Shown here: one piece after another, positions 23,437 through 32,275 of the stretch
Position numbering within the stretch: the first letter of the stretch is position 1
Layout of the letters: the number at the start of each line of letters is the position of its first letter
Origin: an uncultured Gemmatimonadota bacterium
GTDB lineage: Bacteria; 4572-55
Assembly: GCA_964404765.1 (NCBI GenBank)
Contig: CAYOLL010000004.1
Coordinates: forward strand, 1 to 34,314
Direction: 5' to 3'
Length of the DNA stretch: 34,314 nucleotides
Notes under the pieces: generated by a model
The model's database searches: none
Told to the model about the DNA's origin: nothing
What the model saw: the letters and a program-made list of their open reading frames with translations, nothing else
Translations under genes and position numbers: made by a program

Positions 23437-26400
23437 TCATTTTGACTCATGAATTTGCGTTCGGCCGACTAAGCGCGTAGACTCACGGCTTAGTTTATTC
23501 AGGGTAAGTTGCTTATAAGCGCCGGCAATATTTTTTTGGGCGCGAATATTGGTTGGGTCATGCCGGACAATTTGCTTTAGGGTAGCGATATAGGCCGGCA
23601 AATTTTGCTGACGACAATAAGAAGCAGCTAACAGACTGAGAATTTCCGGATCGTCTTCGGCATCTTCCAGGCTAAGCGCTTTTTCGATCAGCAAATCATA
23701 ACGGCCTTGCGCCCGGTGAATATCCAATATCTGGGCGATTTGAATACGGTCATCCGGCGTTTGCAGGGCCTGAAGCGCTTCATCGTAGCGTCCCAGGCGC
23801 TTATACAGCTCGGCCAAACCGGCGGGATTATCCTCCTGATGCAGCAATTGGTTGTGCCAGCCGGCCTCGCGAATTTGACGAATTTTACGATAGGTGACTT
23901 GCTGTTGCGGATCAAATTTGAGTGATCGGGCAAATTCAATTTCGGCTTGCTTGTCATTGCCCATCAAACTATACGTGTAGCTTAAATCCAAATAGAGTTC
24001 AACCATGAGGTCGCCGCTATGCACCAATTTTAAACCGGCCACAAAATAATTTTTGGCTTTTTCATAATTCTCCAGTCGTAAATACAATTCGCCGATAAAG
24101 CTGTGCAAAACAGCGCTGCGCGGTTGAAATTGCAACAAATTCTCGAGCCGCCGGACAGCGTTTTCCACTAACCCCGCCCGCTGCCAGGCTACCGACCAAT
24201 AGGTTTCGCAAGCGCGCGGGTAATCACCGGCAAAAGTAAGCATATCCCCAAATGCAAACAAAAATGGCGGCGAATCCGTGTAGTCCTTCTCCATTTGCTC
24301 GAAGTACGTGATTACGTTGGTCACTTCTTTGCGATCAATTTCCACCAATTTTTGCAACTCTTGTAAAACAGCGGCCAGATTTAAAGTTACGCGGTAACAT
24401 TTTATCAAAGTCCAGTGTGGTTCCAATAGCTTATCGTCCCAGCTTAAAATAAGTCCGCATTTTTGGATGCAAAAGTTTACTTGCGTACTATCAAGGCTCA
24501 AAATTTCTTCGATAAGTCGGTTTGCGTCCAAAAAAGCTTTTTCATGGATAAAAATATTGAGCAGTCGCTGCCGCGCGTCGATATTGGTCTCTTCACGCTT
24601 GATGATGTGACGCAGCGCAGCGACGATAAAATGCTGCAATTGGATATCTAAAGCATAGGCCTGATCCAGCCGCTCCATCGCCCGATCAAATCGACTTAGC
24701 CGAATGAGCGTATCAGCATAGGCTAAATGAAGGCGGGCATTCTGATAATACATTGGCAATAGTTGTTCGTAGCGTGGCGGAATTTGCACGGCCAGCGCCA
24801 GGTTCAATTGGACGGCTTTGATGTAGCTCTGGATAGCGCGATCTATCTGGTCCAGGATTACATATAAATCGCCCAATGCTAACGCGACCTGAGCATCCGT
24901 CAAATTTGTCGCCTGCAAGTTTTCGAACAGCGGGCGCAGTTCCGCATGGCAGGCCGGATCCAGACGCGCCTGAAGCAAATATTCTTGCAAGGCCGTACTC
25001 AGATGGCCTTCTTTTAAATAAATATCGGCCAACAGTTTACGAGAGAGCGCGTGCGTTGGATTAATATCCAGCACTCGCTTTAACTGCGTAATAATATCCG
25101 GGGCAAATTCCGGCCGCAAGGCGTATACTTTTTGAAGGATCAAAGTCGCTTCGACAGTTTCGCTTTGTTCCAGCAGGCAATGCACCTTAATCAGATAAAA
25201 ATCGGCCTGATCATTTTCCGGCAAGGCGCGTATGGCCTCATCGCACGTTTGTGCCGCATGTTCCAGTAATTCATTGCGCTGATAGATTTTAGCAAATCTG
25301 ACGCGCAGAAATTTATTCGTAGGCTGTTTCTCCAAAATGGTATAAAAATATTGAATAACGTCCTTCAGCGGCATCAATTTTTGCAGTTCCAGGGCATCAA
25401 GGGTTTCAGCCGCTTTTTCGATTTGGCCAAATTCCAGATAAATATCCAGCATTTCTTTTAATACCGGCAGATAATTGGGCTTTTTGAGCAGGATATCGTT
25501 AAGTCGTCCCAAGACCATGTCAAGCTTTGAATCATCCAGATAAGCCACTTCTTTATAGACCAGGGCAGCTTCGTCAAAAGCCTGTTTGACCAGAAAAGCC
25601 TCGGCAATGGCTAGCCGGAGCAGGCTATCTTCCGGACGCGATTCCAGAAAGCCGTGATAAAAAGGAACAACCCAATCTGCTTGTTGCGGATGAGTTTGCA
25701 AATAGGCATCCAGCTCAGCCAGGATGGCGCCAAACTCATCCGGTTTTAAGCGTAGAACAGCAGCGGCATGATCCAACCCTTCTTCCAAATTCCCGGCGTC
25801 CAGATGAATTTGCATGATGCGTAAATTGACATCTGCGGCCACAGCTTCCTGTTTCGCCAGCGACCGAAGCTGATTGAGCACGTCTGGCAAAGTCGCCGGC
25901 GAAACCACGTATAAATGATGTAAAACAACTGCGGTTTCCGCAAATTTACCTTGCTTAAATAATAGGTAGGACACCGCATTATGGGCAGGGACACTTTCAC
26001 GGTTTTCGTGCAAAACTGTTTGTAGTTTTTCACTAATCGCATCCATTTGTAACGGGTCGCGGGTAAATATGATAGAGTAGGCGCGAATGGCACCTTCCAC
26101 CATCTTTTCGCGCACTAAGGCATCGCCAAGCGGATAGTTTAGCGCGGTGGCCTGGGGAAAGTCAATCTGCAAGCTGCGACAGGCCTCAATAACCAAAATG
26201 TTTTGATCCATGTGACGATTTAAAATGTCGGCTAATTCAGCGACCGCCTCATCGACTTGATTTTGGGCCAGATAAAGCCGGGTCAGCATGATATTTAAAC
26301 CGTGCCGATCCGGCAGAGCCGCCTTAATCTCCTGAAGCATTTGAATCGCAATAGGTCTGCCCTGGGGGAAAGTCTCGCCCAATTTCATTAGTAAATCTAT

Positions 26401-27225
26401 TGCTTCGTCATAGCTGCTATCGTTGATTAGCAGCCGGGCTTGCGCCTGAATAAGTTCCCAGCGGTTGGAATTTTGCTGAATACTTTGGGTAATTAACAGC
26501 CTAAATTCAGATGACAGCCGCGCACTGTCGGGAATTAAAATCGCCAATTCGGTAATAAAATTATCCCATTGCTGTTCCCGGGCAAAAAATTCTGCCCGTG
26601 CCTCATGCAGCCGGATATTGTCGGGAAATTCTTTTAGCAGGCGCTCCAGCTCGGTCTTTAGCAGATTTCGCTCACGATCGGCCAGGCGGCCAATCGTCTG
26701 CAATGTGGAAATGACCTTGTCCCATTCGTTTTTAATTTCGTGAATTGTGAACATGCCGTAAAAAGGCAACAGATCGTCACCGGCTACGCTGCCGGGAATC
26801 GCCGTGCGTTCGATCCGGAACACGCGGGTTTGAAAGTCACTGCGCAGCGCGTCCAACTGTTCTTCGCTAAAATAACGCACCAGTTCACGCGCGGCTTTAA
26901 GATTGCGCTGGGCCAGAAACTTGGTGACCAGATAAGCAGTGACCTTGTTTAAATCGGGGTAAATTTCTTTAATCTGCTGAAGATAACCTAAAATCTCTTC
27001 GCGTCGGGTAGGGTGCGCGCTCCACGCACGATCCAGAGCAGCTAAGGCCTCACGTTCCCGATTTTGGCTGAACAATATATCAACTTGTTCGTGCAGCAAT
27101 TCGTAAACGCGCGGCGCTTTTTTGATCTCATCCTGTAGCGCTTCCAAGGCTTTGTCGATTTTCCCGTCGGATTTAAGCTTGTAGATTTTGCGCAGTACTT
27201 TTTCGATTTCGGCGGATGTAGCCAT
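23437..27225 (-). CDS. Large tetratricopeptide-repeat (TPR) protein, 1263 aa
   Basis: It is all-helical with dozens of TPR-like A/L/Y-rich 34-residue repeats. A GAGGG RBS sits 5 nt before the ATG at 27225. The ORF-track start at 27294 is a TTG lying inside the upstream hairpin. Confidence 0.8.
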   Translation of the reverse strand: MATSAEIEKVLRKIYKLKSDGKIDKALEALQDEIKKAPRVYELLHEQVDILFSQNREREALAALDRAWSAHPTRREEILGYLQQIKEIYPDLNKVTAYLVTKFLAQRNLKAARELVRYFSEEQLDALRSDFQTRVFRIERTAIPGSVAGDDLLPFYGMFTIHEIKNEWDKVISTLQTIGRLADRERNLLKTELERLLKEFPDNIRLHEARAEFFAREQQWDNFITELAILIPDSARLSSEFRLLITQSIQQNSNRWELIQAQARLLINDSSYDEAIDLLMKLGETFPQGRPIAIQMLQEIKAALPDRHGLNIMLTRLYLAQNQVDEAVAELADILNRHMDQNILVIEACRSLQIDFPQATALNYPLGDALVREKMVEGAIRAYSIIFTRDPLQMDAISEKLQTVLHENRESVPAHNAVSYLLFKQGKFAETAVVLHHLYVVSPATLPDVLNQLRSLAKQEAVAADVNLRIMQIHLDAGNLEEGLDHAAAVLRLKPDEFGAILAELDAYLQTHPQQADWVVPFYHGFLESRPEDSLLRLAIAEAFLVKQAFDEAALVYKEVAYLDDSKLDMVLGRLNDILLKKPNYLPVLKEMLDIYLEFGQIEKAAETLDALELQKLMPLKDVIQYFYTILEKQPTNKFLRVRFAKIYQRNELLEHAAQTCDEAIRALPENDQADFYLIKVHCLLEQSETVEATLILQKVYALRPEFAPDIITQLKRVLDINPTHALSRKLLADIYLKEGHLSTALQEYLLQARLDPACHAELRPLFENLQATNLTDAQVALALGDLYVILDQIDRAIQSYIKAVQLNLALAVQIPPRYEQLLPMYYQNARLHLAYADTLIRLSRFDRAMERLDQAYALDIQLQHFIVAALRHIIKREETNIDARQRLLNIFIHEKAFLDANRLIEEILSLDSTQVNFCIQKCGLILSWDDKLLEPHWTLIKCYRVTLNLAAVLQELQKLVEIDRKEVTNVITYFEQMEKDYTDSPPFLFAFGDMLTFAGDYPRACETYWSVAWQRAGLVENAVRRLENLLQFQPRSAVLHSFIGELYLRLENYEKAKNYFVAGLKLVHSGDLMVELYLDLSYTYSLMGNDKQAEIEFARSLKFDPQQQVTYRKIRQIREAGWHNQLLHQEDNPAGLAELYKRLGRYDEALQALQTPDDRIQIAQILDIHRAQGRYDLLIEKALSLEDAEDDPEILSLLAASYCRQQNLPAYIATLKQIVRHDPTNIRAQKNIAGAYKQLTLNKLSRESTRLVGRTQIHESK

Positions 27226-27254
27226 GCGACCCTCGTTTAAAGTGTGACAGGAGT

Positions 27255-27307
27255 AGCAAACTTCAATTTGCAAGTAACCTGCCCGGACTTGCAAACTGAA
27301 GTTTGCT
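27255..27307. other. 21-bp inverted repeat AGCAAACTTCAATTTGCAAGT-N11-ACTTGCAAACTGAAGTTTGCT (one mismatch). It lies between the Uma2 gene stop and the TPR gene start and forms a strong stem-loop in the minus-strand transcript.
   Basis: Read directly. No U-tract follows it on the minus strand; the TPR RBS follows about 20 nt later. Confidence 0.5.
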
Positions 27308-27330
27308 GCCCCATGCGGTTTACCACTATG

Positions 27331-27987
27331 TTATGACAAAACATCTTCTACTTTGATTGAAAATCCTTCCAACAATTTCGATGGCACTGCCGGCTTGCCT
27401 GGACCGACCTGGCTTGCAAACAACTCATAAGCGCCGTCGGTCAGTGCATAAACTTCTATCGCCTGCCAAGCCGGATCGATAATCCAATATTCCTTGACGC
27501 CGAATTTCTGATACAAAGCCATCTTCGTGTTGCGATCTCGCTGGATGGATGACGGGGAAATAATTTCGACGATCAAATCCGGCGCACCGACAATGCCGTG
27601 CGGGGCAATAATCGAACGATTGGCTTCGGCGATAAACACAATGTCCGGCTGGATCGTGTTTTCGTCGGATAAGATTACGTCAATGGGCGCGTGAAACACT
27701 TGTCCCGATTTATTCATCCGCACTAATTGGGCGAGACGCAATAATACATTTAACGAGGCGTTTTGATGATCCGTTGATGGCGCAGACATAGCAATTAACT
27801 CCCCATTTATGATTTCATAACGCTTGTCATCCGGCAGGGTCAAATAGTCGGTGTACGTCCATCTTTTGGTGGGGACGAACGGCTTTGCCGGCGCAACAAC
27901 CGCAGGCTTATTGAGATATGGCGCGGGCGCTTTCTTTTTCCGTGCTTTTGCCGTCGGGGAAACGGCGGCTTGTTCCAAAATTGCCAT
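27331..27987 (-). CDS. Uma2-family (DUF820) putative PD-(D/E)xK endonuclease with Lys/Pro/Ala-rich N-terminal tail (copy A)
   Basis: YEIINGELIAMSAPSTDHQ...HAPIDVILSDENTIQPDIVFIAEAN...GAPDLIVEIISPSS...KMALYQKFGVKEYWIIDP...IEVYAL matches the Uma2 family. The N-terminal AKARKKKAPAPYLNKPAVVAPAKPFVPTKR tail is unusual. A GGAGG RBS precedes it. Confidence 0.8.
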   Translation of the reverse strand: MAILEQAAVSPTAKARKKKAPAPYLNKPAVVAPAKPFVPTKRWTYTDYLTLPDDKRYEIINGELIAMSAPSTDHQNASLNVLLRLAQLVRMNKSGQVFHAPIDVILSDENTIQPDIVFIAEANRSIIAPHGIVGAPDLIVEIISPSSIQRDRNTKMALYQKFGVKEYWIIDPAWQAIEVYALTDGAYELFASQVGPGKPAVPSKLLEGFSIKVEDVLS

Positions 27988-27996
27988 AACAACCTC

Positions 27997-28656
27997 CTAC
28001 ACCGTCAGAACATCTTCTACTTTGACTGAGAAACCGTCCAACAACTTCGACGGCACTGCCGGCTTGCCGGCACCGATCGCGCTTGCAAATAATGTATAAA
28101 CGCCGTCTGTCAACGCATAAATCTCGACGACCTGCCAGGCCGGATCGATGATCCAGTATTCCTTGACGCCAAATTTTTCGTACAAAGCCATTTTCGTGCG
28201 GTGATCGCGTTGAATCGATGATGGGGAAATAATTTCGACGATCAAATCCGGCGCGCCGACAATGCCATGCGGGGCAATAATCGACCGATTGGCCTCGGCA
28301 ATAAACACAATGTCCGGCTGCACGGTATTTTCGTCAGACAAAATTACGTCAGTTGGCGCGAGAAAACTTTCTCCGACAGGCTGATTCGCTAAATACTTAT
28401 CCATTACGCGGTGTAACTTTCCCAGACACCGTTGATGATCCGTTGATGGCGCAGCCATAGTCATTAACTCCCCGTTTATAATTTCATAACGCTTGTCATC
28501 CGGCAAAGTCAAATAGTCGGTATACGTCCATCTTTTGGTGGGGACGAACGGCTTTACCGGCGCAACAACCGCAGGCTTATTGAGATATGGCGCGGGCGCT
28601 TTCTTTTTCCGTGCTTTTGCCGTCGGGGAAACGGCGGCTTGTTCCAAAATTGCCAT
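27997..28656 (-). CDS. Uma2-family (DUF820) putative endonuclease with the same basic N-terminal tail (copy B, tandem paralog)
   Basis: It is nearly identical to copy A at the N and C termini (first 32 aa identical) and divergent in the central region (HQRCLGKLHRVMDKYLANQPVGESF versus HQNASLNVLLRLAQLVRMNKSGQVF). Its GGAGG RBS is identical. The two form a roughly 660-bp tandem duplication. Confidence 0.8.
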   Translation of the reverse strand: MAILEQAAVSPTAKARKKKAPAPYLNKPAVVAPVKPFVPTKRWTYTDYLTLPDDKRYEIINGELMTMAAPSTDHQRCLGKLHRVMDKYLANQPVGESFLAPTDVILSDENTVQPDIVFIAEANRSIIAPHGIVGAPDLIVEIISPSSIQRDHRTKMALYEKFGVKEYWIIDPAWQVVEIYALTDGVYTLFASAIGAGKPAVPSKLLDGFSVKVEDVLTV

Positions 28657-28682
28657 AACAACCTCCTGCTTTCTAGTGTAAT

Positions 28683-30863
28683 TTATCGTGCCAGTGAACC
28701 GGCCGGTTTATCGCCCCAGCCTTTGAGCAGCACAAAATCGCGCATCTCGCTGAGCAAATGCTTCGTATCGCCTTCACCAGCCTTGCCGATCAGTTGGGCC
28801 AGCAGCGCCGAAATGGTCAGATTCTTCAAATCTTCCGAGGTTAAACCAAACTTGTCAACATACTCGCGCAGTTTGTGAGCAAAAGCGTCCGGATCATTAA
28901 AAAATGCGTGCTTCACATCGCGCAAAACCTCGCTGCTGTGAACCAGCCGGTCCAGCGATTTGCCTTGTGTGACTGCACTGATAATGCGATCAAAGAACAT
29001 GGTGTCGCCACCGACAATGTCAATTTTAGCCGCCTTCAAGCCTTCAGCCATTGTATGCGCGGTAAAGTCGGCAATTTCCTGTTGCGCATGAATCTGGGCC
29101 AAAGTCACGTCTTTTTCCACGGCTAACCGCAGTTTAAATTCCTCATGTTCTTTGCCCGGGCCGTCCAGCTTGCGCATGGCATCGGCTTTTTGGGCCACGC
29201 CTTGCGCTTCGGCTTCATACTTCCTGGCCATGACAGTTGCTTCAGCCAGGCCTTGTTTTTCGATGGCGGAGGCGTTGGCTTCCATGCCGCGCGCTTCTGC
29301 CGTTGATTTTTGCTCGATGCCCAGCGCCTCGGCCTGAAATTTTTTGGCCATGACGTTGGCGTCAGCCGTGCCCTGTTTTTCCGTCGCTACCGCTTTGGCT
29401 TCCAGTCCATGCGCTTCGGCTAAGGCTTTCTTTTCCTGCACATTGGCTTCGGCAGTGCCTTGCTTTTCCAGCGCAGTCGCTTTGGCGTCAATCACTTGCG
29501 CTTCGGACATGCCCTTGACGGCTTCGTCTTTAATGCGGGCATCGGCCAATGTTCGAATCGCCGCCGCTTTACGCTCGGCCGAATTTTGCTCGGCTTCCGC
29601 GGCAATGATCGTCTGCTCGGCCCTGAATTTGGCGGCTTCCTTTTCCGCTTCCGCCGCCAGAACAACCGTAATTTTTTTCTGCTCGGCTTCTCTGGCCGCG
29701 CCCGTCACCGCCACTTGTTTCTGCCGGTCGGCTTCGGCAAAAGCGCGCACGTTTTTGATTTTTTCCTCTTCCTCAACCGTCGCTTTTTCGACAATGACCC
29801 GCTCGCGGATCACTTCCTGAATGCGCTTGTTTTCTTCTTCCACCGCCCGCTGCTTTTCGATCTGGGCCAGCGTCACCACGCGCTCGCGTTCGGTCGCCTC
29901 CAGCATCCGGTCTTTGGCCACGCGCTCGGTTTCCACACCTTCCGTGCGTTCTTTGCTTTTGGCCGCCACAATGATCTGCCGGTCTTTGTTCTGGGTGGCC
30001 ACGGCAATTTCTTCTTCGGTTTGGATGCGCGCTTGTTCCGATTTCCAACGCTCTTCCTGTTGGACTTTAGCTGTGGCGGATTCTTCACGGGCTTTGATTG
30101 AGCCTACTTCGCGCTTTTGCTTTTCCGTGGATTCGGCCAGGTGTCGATTCATTTCCAGAATCGCCTCCTGCGCGTCCACGTTTTGCTGAGTAATCGTCTT
30201 GGCGCGATTCTGCTCAATCTGATTGGCCAAAATCTTTTGGGTGGCCGTGATGCGGGTAATCTTCTCAATGCCCTGCGAGTCCAAAATATTGTTGGGATTC
30301 AGCGATTCCAAGGCCGTCTGCTCCAGATAGTCGATGGCGGCATCGTCCAGAATGTAGCCGTTCAAGTCCGTGCCGATGACTTCCAGCAATTCGGCTTTGA
30401 ATCGCTCGCGCGAATTATACAACTCTTCAAACTCAAAGCGCTTGCCGACCGTCTTCAAGCCTTCGGAAAACTTGGCGTCAAACAGACTGACCAGTGTTTC
30501 TAAATCGGAAGCGCGTACACAGCCGATGGATTGCGCCACCTTTAGCACTTCTTCCTCGGTCTTGTTGACCCGCACGAAGAAGACGACCTCGATGTCGGCG
30601 CGGATGTTGTCCTTGCAGATCAGGCCATCCTTGCCGGAGCGCTTGATTTCTACCCGTTTGAGTGAAATATCCATCAACTCCGAAAGATGGAAGATCGGAA
30701 TAACCAACATGCCGGAAAAGGTGACTTTCGGCCCGCCCATACCGTTGCGTACGAGCGCCTGGCCCTGATCAACTTTGCGATACATCTTGATGATCATAAC
30801 AAAAATACCGATGCCGATCAGCGTAGCTACAAAACCGCCGGCAGAGAGAAGAAGTTCGAACAT
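28683..30863 (-). CDS. Flotillin-family SPFH (band-7) domain protein, 726 aa
   Basis: An N-terminal TM (LLLSAGGFVATLIGIGIFVMII) is followed by an SPFH domain and then a very long Glu/Ala/Lys-rich coiled coil with flotillin-type EA repeats. An internal approximate 3x repeat reads KQGTAEANV..K..AEA.G.E.K. An AAAGGAA RBS precedes it. Confidence 0.85.
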   Translation of the reverse strand: MFELLLSAGGFVATLIGIGIFVMIIKMYRKVDQGQALVRNGMGGPKVTFSGMLVIPIFHLSELMDISLKRVEIKRSGKDGLICKDNIRADIEVVFFVRVNKTEEEVLKVAQSIGCVRASDLETLVSLFDAKFSEGLKTVGKRFEFEELYNSRERFKAELLEVIGTDLNGYILDDAAIDYLEQTALESLNPNNILDSQGIEKITRITATQKILANQIEQNRAKTITQQNVDAQEAILEMNRHLAESTEKQKREVGSIKAREESATAKVQQEERWKSEQARIQTEEEIAVATQNKDRQIIVAAKSKERTEGVETERVAKDRMLEATERERVVTLAQIEKQRAVEEENKRIQEVIRERVIVEKATVEEEEKIKNVRAFAEADRQKQVAVTGAAREAEQKKITVVLAAEAEKEAAKFRAEQTIIAAEAEQNSAERKAAAIRTLADARIKDEAVKGMSEAQVIDAKATALEKQGTAEANVQEKKALAEAHGLEAKAVATEKQGTADANVMAKKFQAEALGIEQKSTAEARGMEANASAIEKQGLAEATVMARKYEAEAQGVAQKADAMRKLDGPGKEHEEFKLRLAVEKDVTLAQIHAQQEIADFTAHTMAEGLKAAKIDIVGGDTMFFDRIISAVTQGKSLDRLVHSSEVLRDVKHAFFNDPDAFAHKLREYVDKFGLTSEDLKNLTISALLAQLIGKAGEGDTKHLLSEMRDFVLLKGWGDKPAGSLAR

Positions 30864-30946
30864 AGGAAATTCCTTTCGTTAATAAAATGATGGATGTTGA
30901 TCCTACGGCTACATGGCGTGATTCGTGTAAACTTTTCGACGATCAA

Positions 30947-30977
30947 GACCTGACGGGCTTTCAAAAACCGTCAGGTC
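30947..30977. other. Hairpin GACCTGACGG-loop(GCTTTCAAAAA)-CCGTCAGGTC between coaX and the flotillin gene. It could be a coaX terminator or a 5-prime-UTR structure.
   Basis: A perfect 10-bp stem read directly; no clear U-tract. Confidence 0.3.
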
Positions 30978-31047
30978 TGAGTCCACATAAATTTATGCCA
31001 AACAGTACTACAGTTAACGCGTTGATGCTACAACAAAAAGAAAATTT

Positions 31048-31803
31048 TCAGCACAAACGATCCGCTAATTTACGCAATCCCTGCAACGTCAACAGCGGCT
31101 GCACTTCATGGATTGTCTGCGAATAGGCCGCCAGCAGTGCGGCATTGCCGCCGGTGGCGATGACATGCGGCTGGGCATCCCATTCGTTGACAATTCGCGT
31201 GACAACGCCATCTACCAAGGCCACTGCGCCGTAGATCAGGCCGGATTGGATGCAGGCGCGCGTAGAGCGACCGATGACCTGCTCCGGCGCGACCAGGTCG
31301 GTCTTAAAAAGCTGGGCCGTGCGCGAGGCTAAGGCTTCGGCCATCATTTCCAGGCCGGCCACAATCACGCCGCCCAGGAATTCCCGCTCCCGCGTGACGG
31401 CGTCGATGGTGGTGGCGCTGCCGGTGTCGATAACGACACAATCGCGCCCGTAAAGTTCGGCGGCGGCAAAAGCGTCCACCAGCCGATCCACGCCGAGGGT
31501 GGTGGGCGTTTCGTAGCGAATGGTCAGGCCAAAATCCGAATCATGTTTAAGCAGGATGATGCGGTTGGGCAGATAGCGCTCAATGGCGTCCATGATCAAC
31601 GGCGTGACGTTGGGCACAACGGAACAGATGACAGTCTGGCGCGGAAATTCAATTTTGTGGATTTGGAAGAGTTGGAAGAGTTGGAGGCCAAACTCGTCCG
31701 GGGTGGCGTTGCGCGTTCGCAGCCGCCAGCGCTGAGCCAGCTCGTCGCCTTTAAACAGGCCGATGGAAATATGGGTGTTGCCGATGTCAATGGCCATCGT
31801 CAT
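31048..31803 (-). CDS. coaX: Type III pantothenate kinase (CoaX)
   Basis: MAIDIGNTHISIGLF is the N-terminal ASKHA phosphate-1 motif. GVDRLVDAFAA and VVIDTGSATTIDAV are also CoaX signatures. A GAGGG RBS precedes it. Confidence 0.85.
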   Translation of the reverse strand: MTMAIDIGNTHISIGLFKGDELAQRWRLRTRNATPDEFGLQLFQLFQIHKIEFPRQTVICSVVPNVTPLIMDAIERYLPNRIILLKHDSDFGLTIRYETPTTLGVDRLVDAFAAAELYGRDCVVIDTGSATTIDAVTREREFLGGVIVAGLEMMAEALASRTAQLFKTDLVAPEQVIGRSTRACIQSGLIYGAVALVDGVVTRIVNEWDAQPHVIATGGNAALLAAYSQTIHEVQPLLTLQGLRKLADRLC

Positions 31804-31840
31804 AGGCGGTTTCCCTCATGCGGCAGGAGAGTATAGAAAG

Positions 31841-32209
31841 TTATTCCAAACTTTTTTTCCAGTCAATCATGGCCGTCGTCAATTTTCCGGATATGATTGT
31901 AAACTCGCCGCCATAAGCCATCATTTTGTTGGCCTCGTCTTTTTTGCCGGCTAATGCCAGCTTCACAACTTTGACGGCGGCTTTGTGAAATTCGGTATGA
32001 ATCTGCTTCACGGCATTGTAGTGGGCGTCGGCTTTGTCGGTCGGGCTCAACGTCCGGCCAAACAGCCATTTGCCGAATTCACACCCGGTCTCGTCCGCAA
32101 TGCTTTCGACCGATCCTTCAAACGTACCGGTGTCAATGGCTTGTTTCAGGCGGACTTTCCACTTCCCGTGGGCGGCAATCGCCTTATCGATTTCGGCTTT
32201 GACGGCCAT
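31841..32209 (-). CDS. Standalone chemoreceptor zinc-binding (CZB) domain protein
   Basis: AHGKWKVRL...CEFGKWLF...HTEFH matches the CZB H-x3-W / C-x-F-G-K-W / H pattern. An AAGGAG RBS precedes it. Confidence 0.7.
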   Translation of the reverse strand: MAVKAEIDKAIAAHGKWKVRLKQAIDTGTFEGSVESIADETGCEFGKWLFGRTLSPTDKADAHYNAVKQIHTEFHKAAVKVVKLALAGKKDEANKMMAYGGEFTIISGKLTTAMIDWKKSLE

Positions 32210-32275
32210 GTTTTTTCTCCTTGCGTCTATGTGTGCTCATCACCGCACACGGCTGTTTTGCAGATAGAGCGCGTT

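Noticed and set aside
27331-28656. Tandem duplication considered as an IS or mobile element
   Set aside because: The duplicated unit encodes a Uma2 nuclease paralog. There are no transposase or integrase motifs, no terminal inverted repeats and no target-site duplication.
29152-30189. Several plus-strand Ala/Ser/Arg-rich ORFs (29152, 29344, 29460, 29821)
   Set aside because: They are antisense shadows of the GC-rich repetitive flotillin coiled-coil region on the minus strand.
30887-31126. 79-aa plus-strand ORF between the flotillin and coaX genes
   Set aside because: It has no RBS and overlaps the coaX 3-prime end. The region contains a hairpin and is more likely a UTR.
31655-31690. Short tandem repeat ttggaagag x2.5 inside coaX
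   Set aside because: It is only about 2.5 copies of a 9-mer inside a coding region (it encodes part of FQLFQLFQ). It is too short to be a meaningful repeat element.
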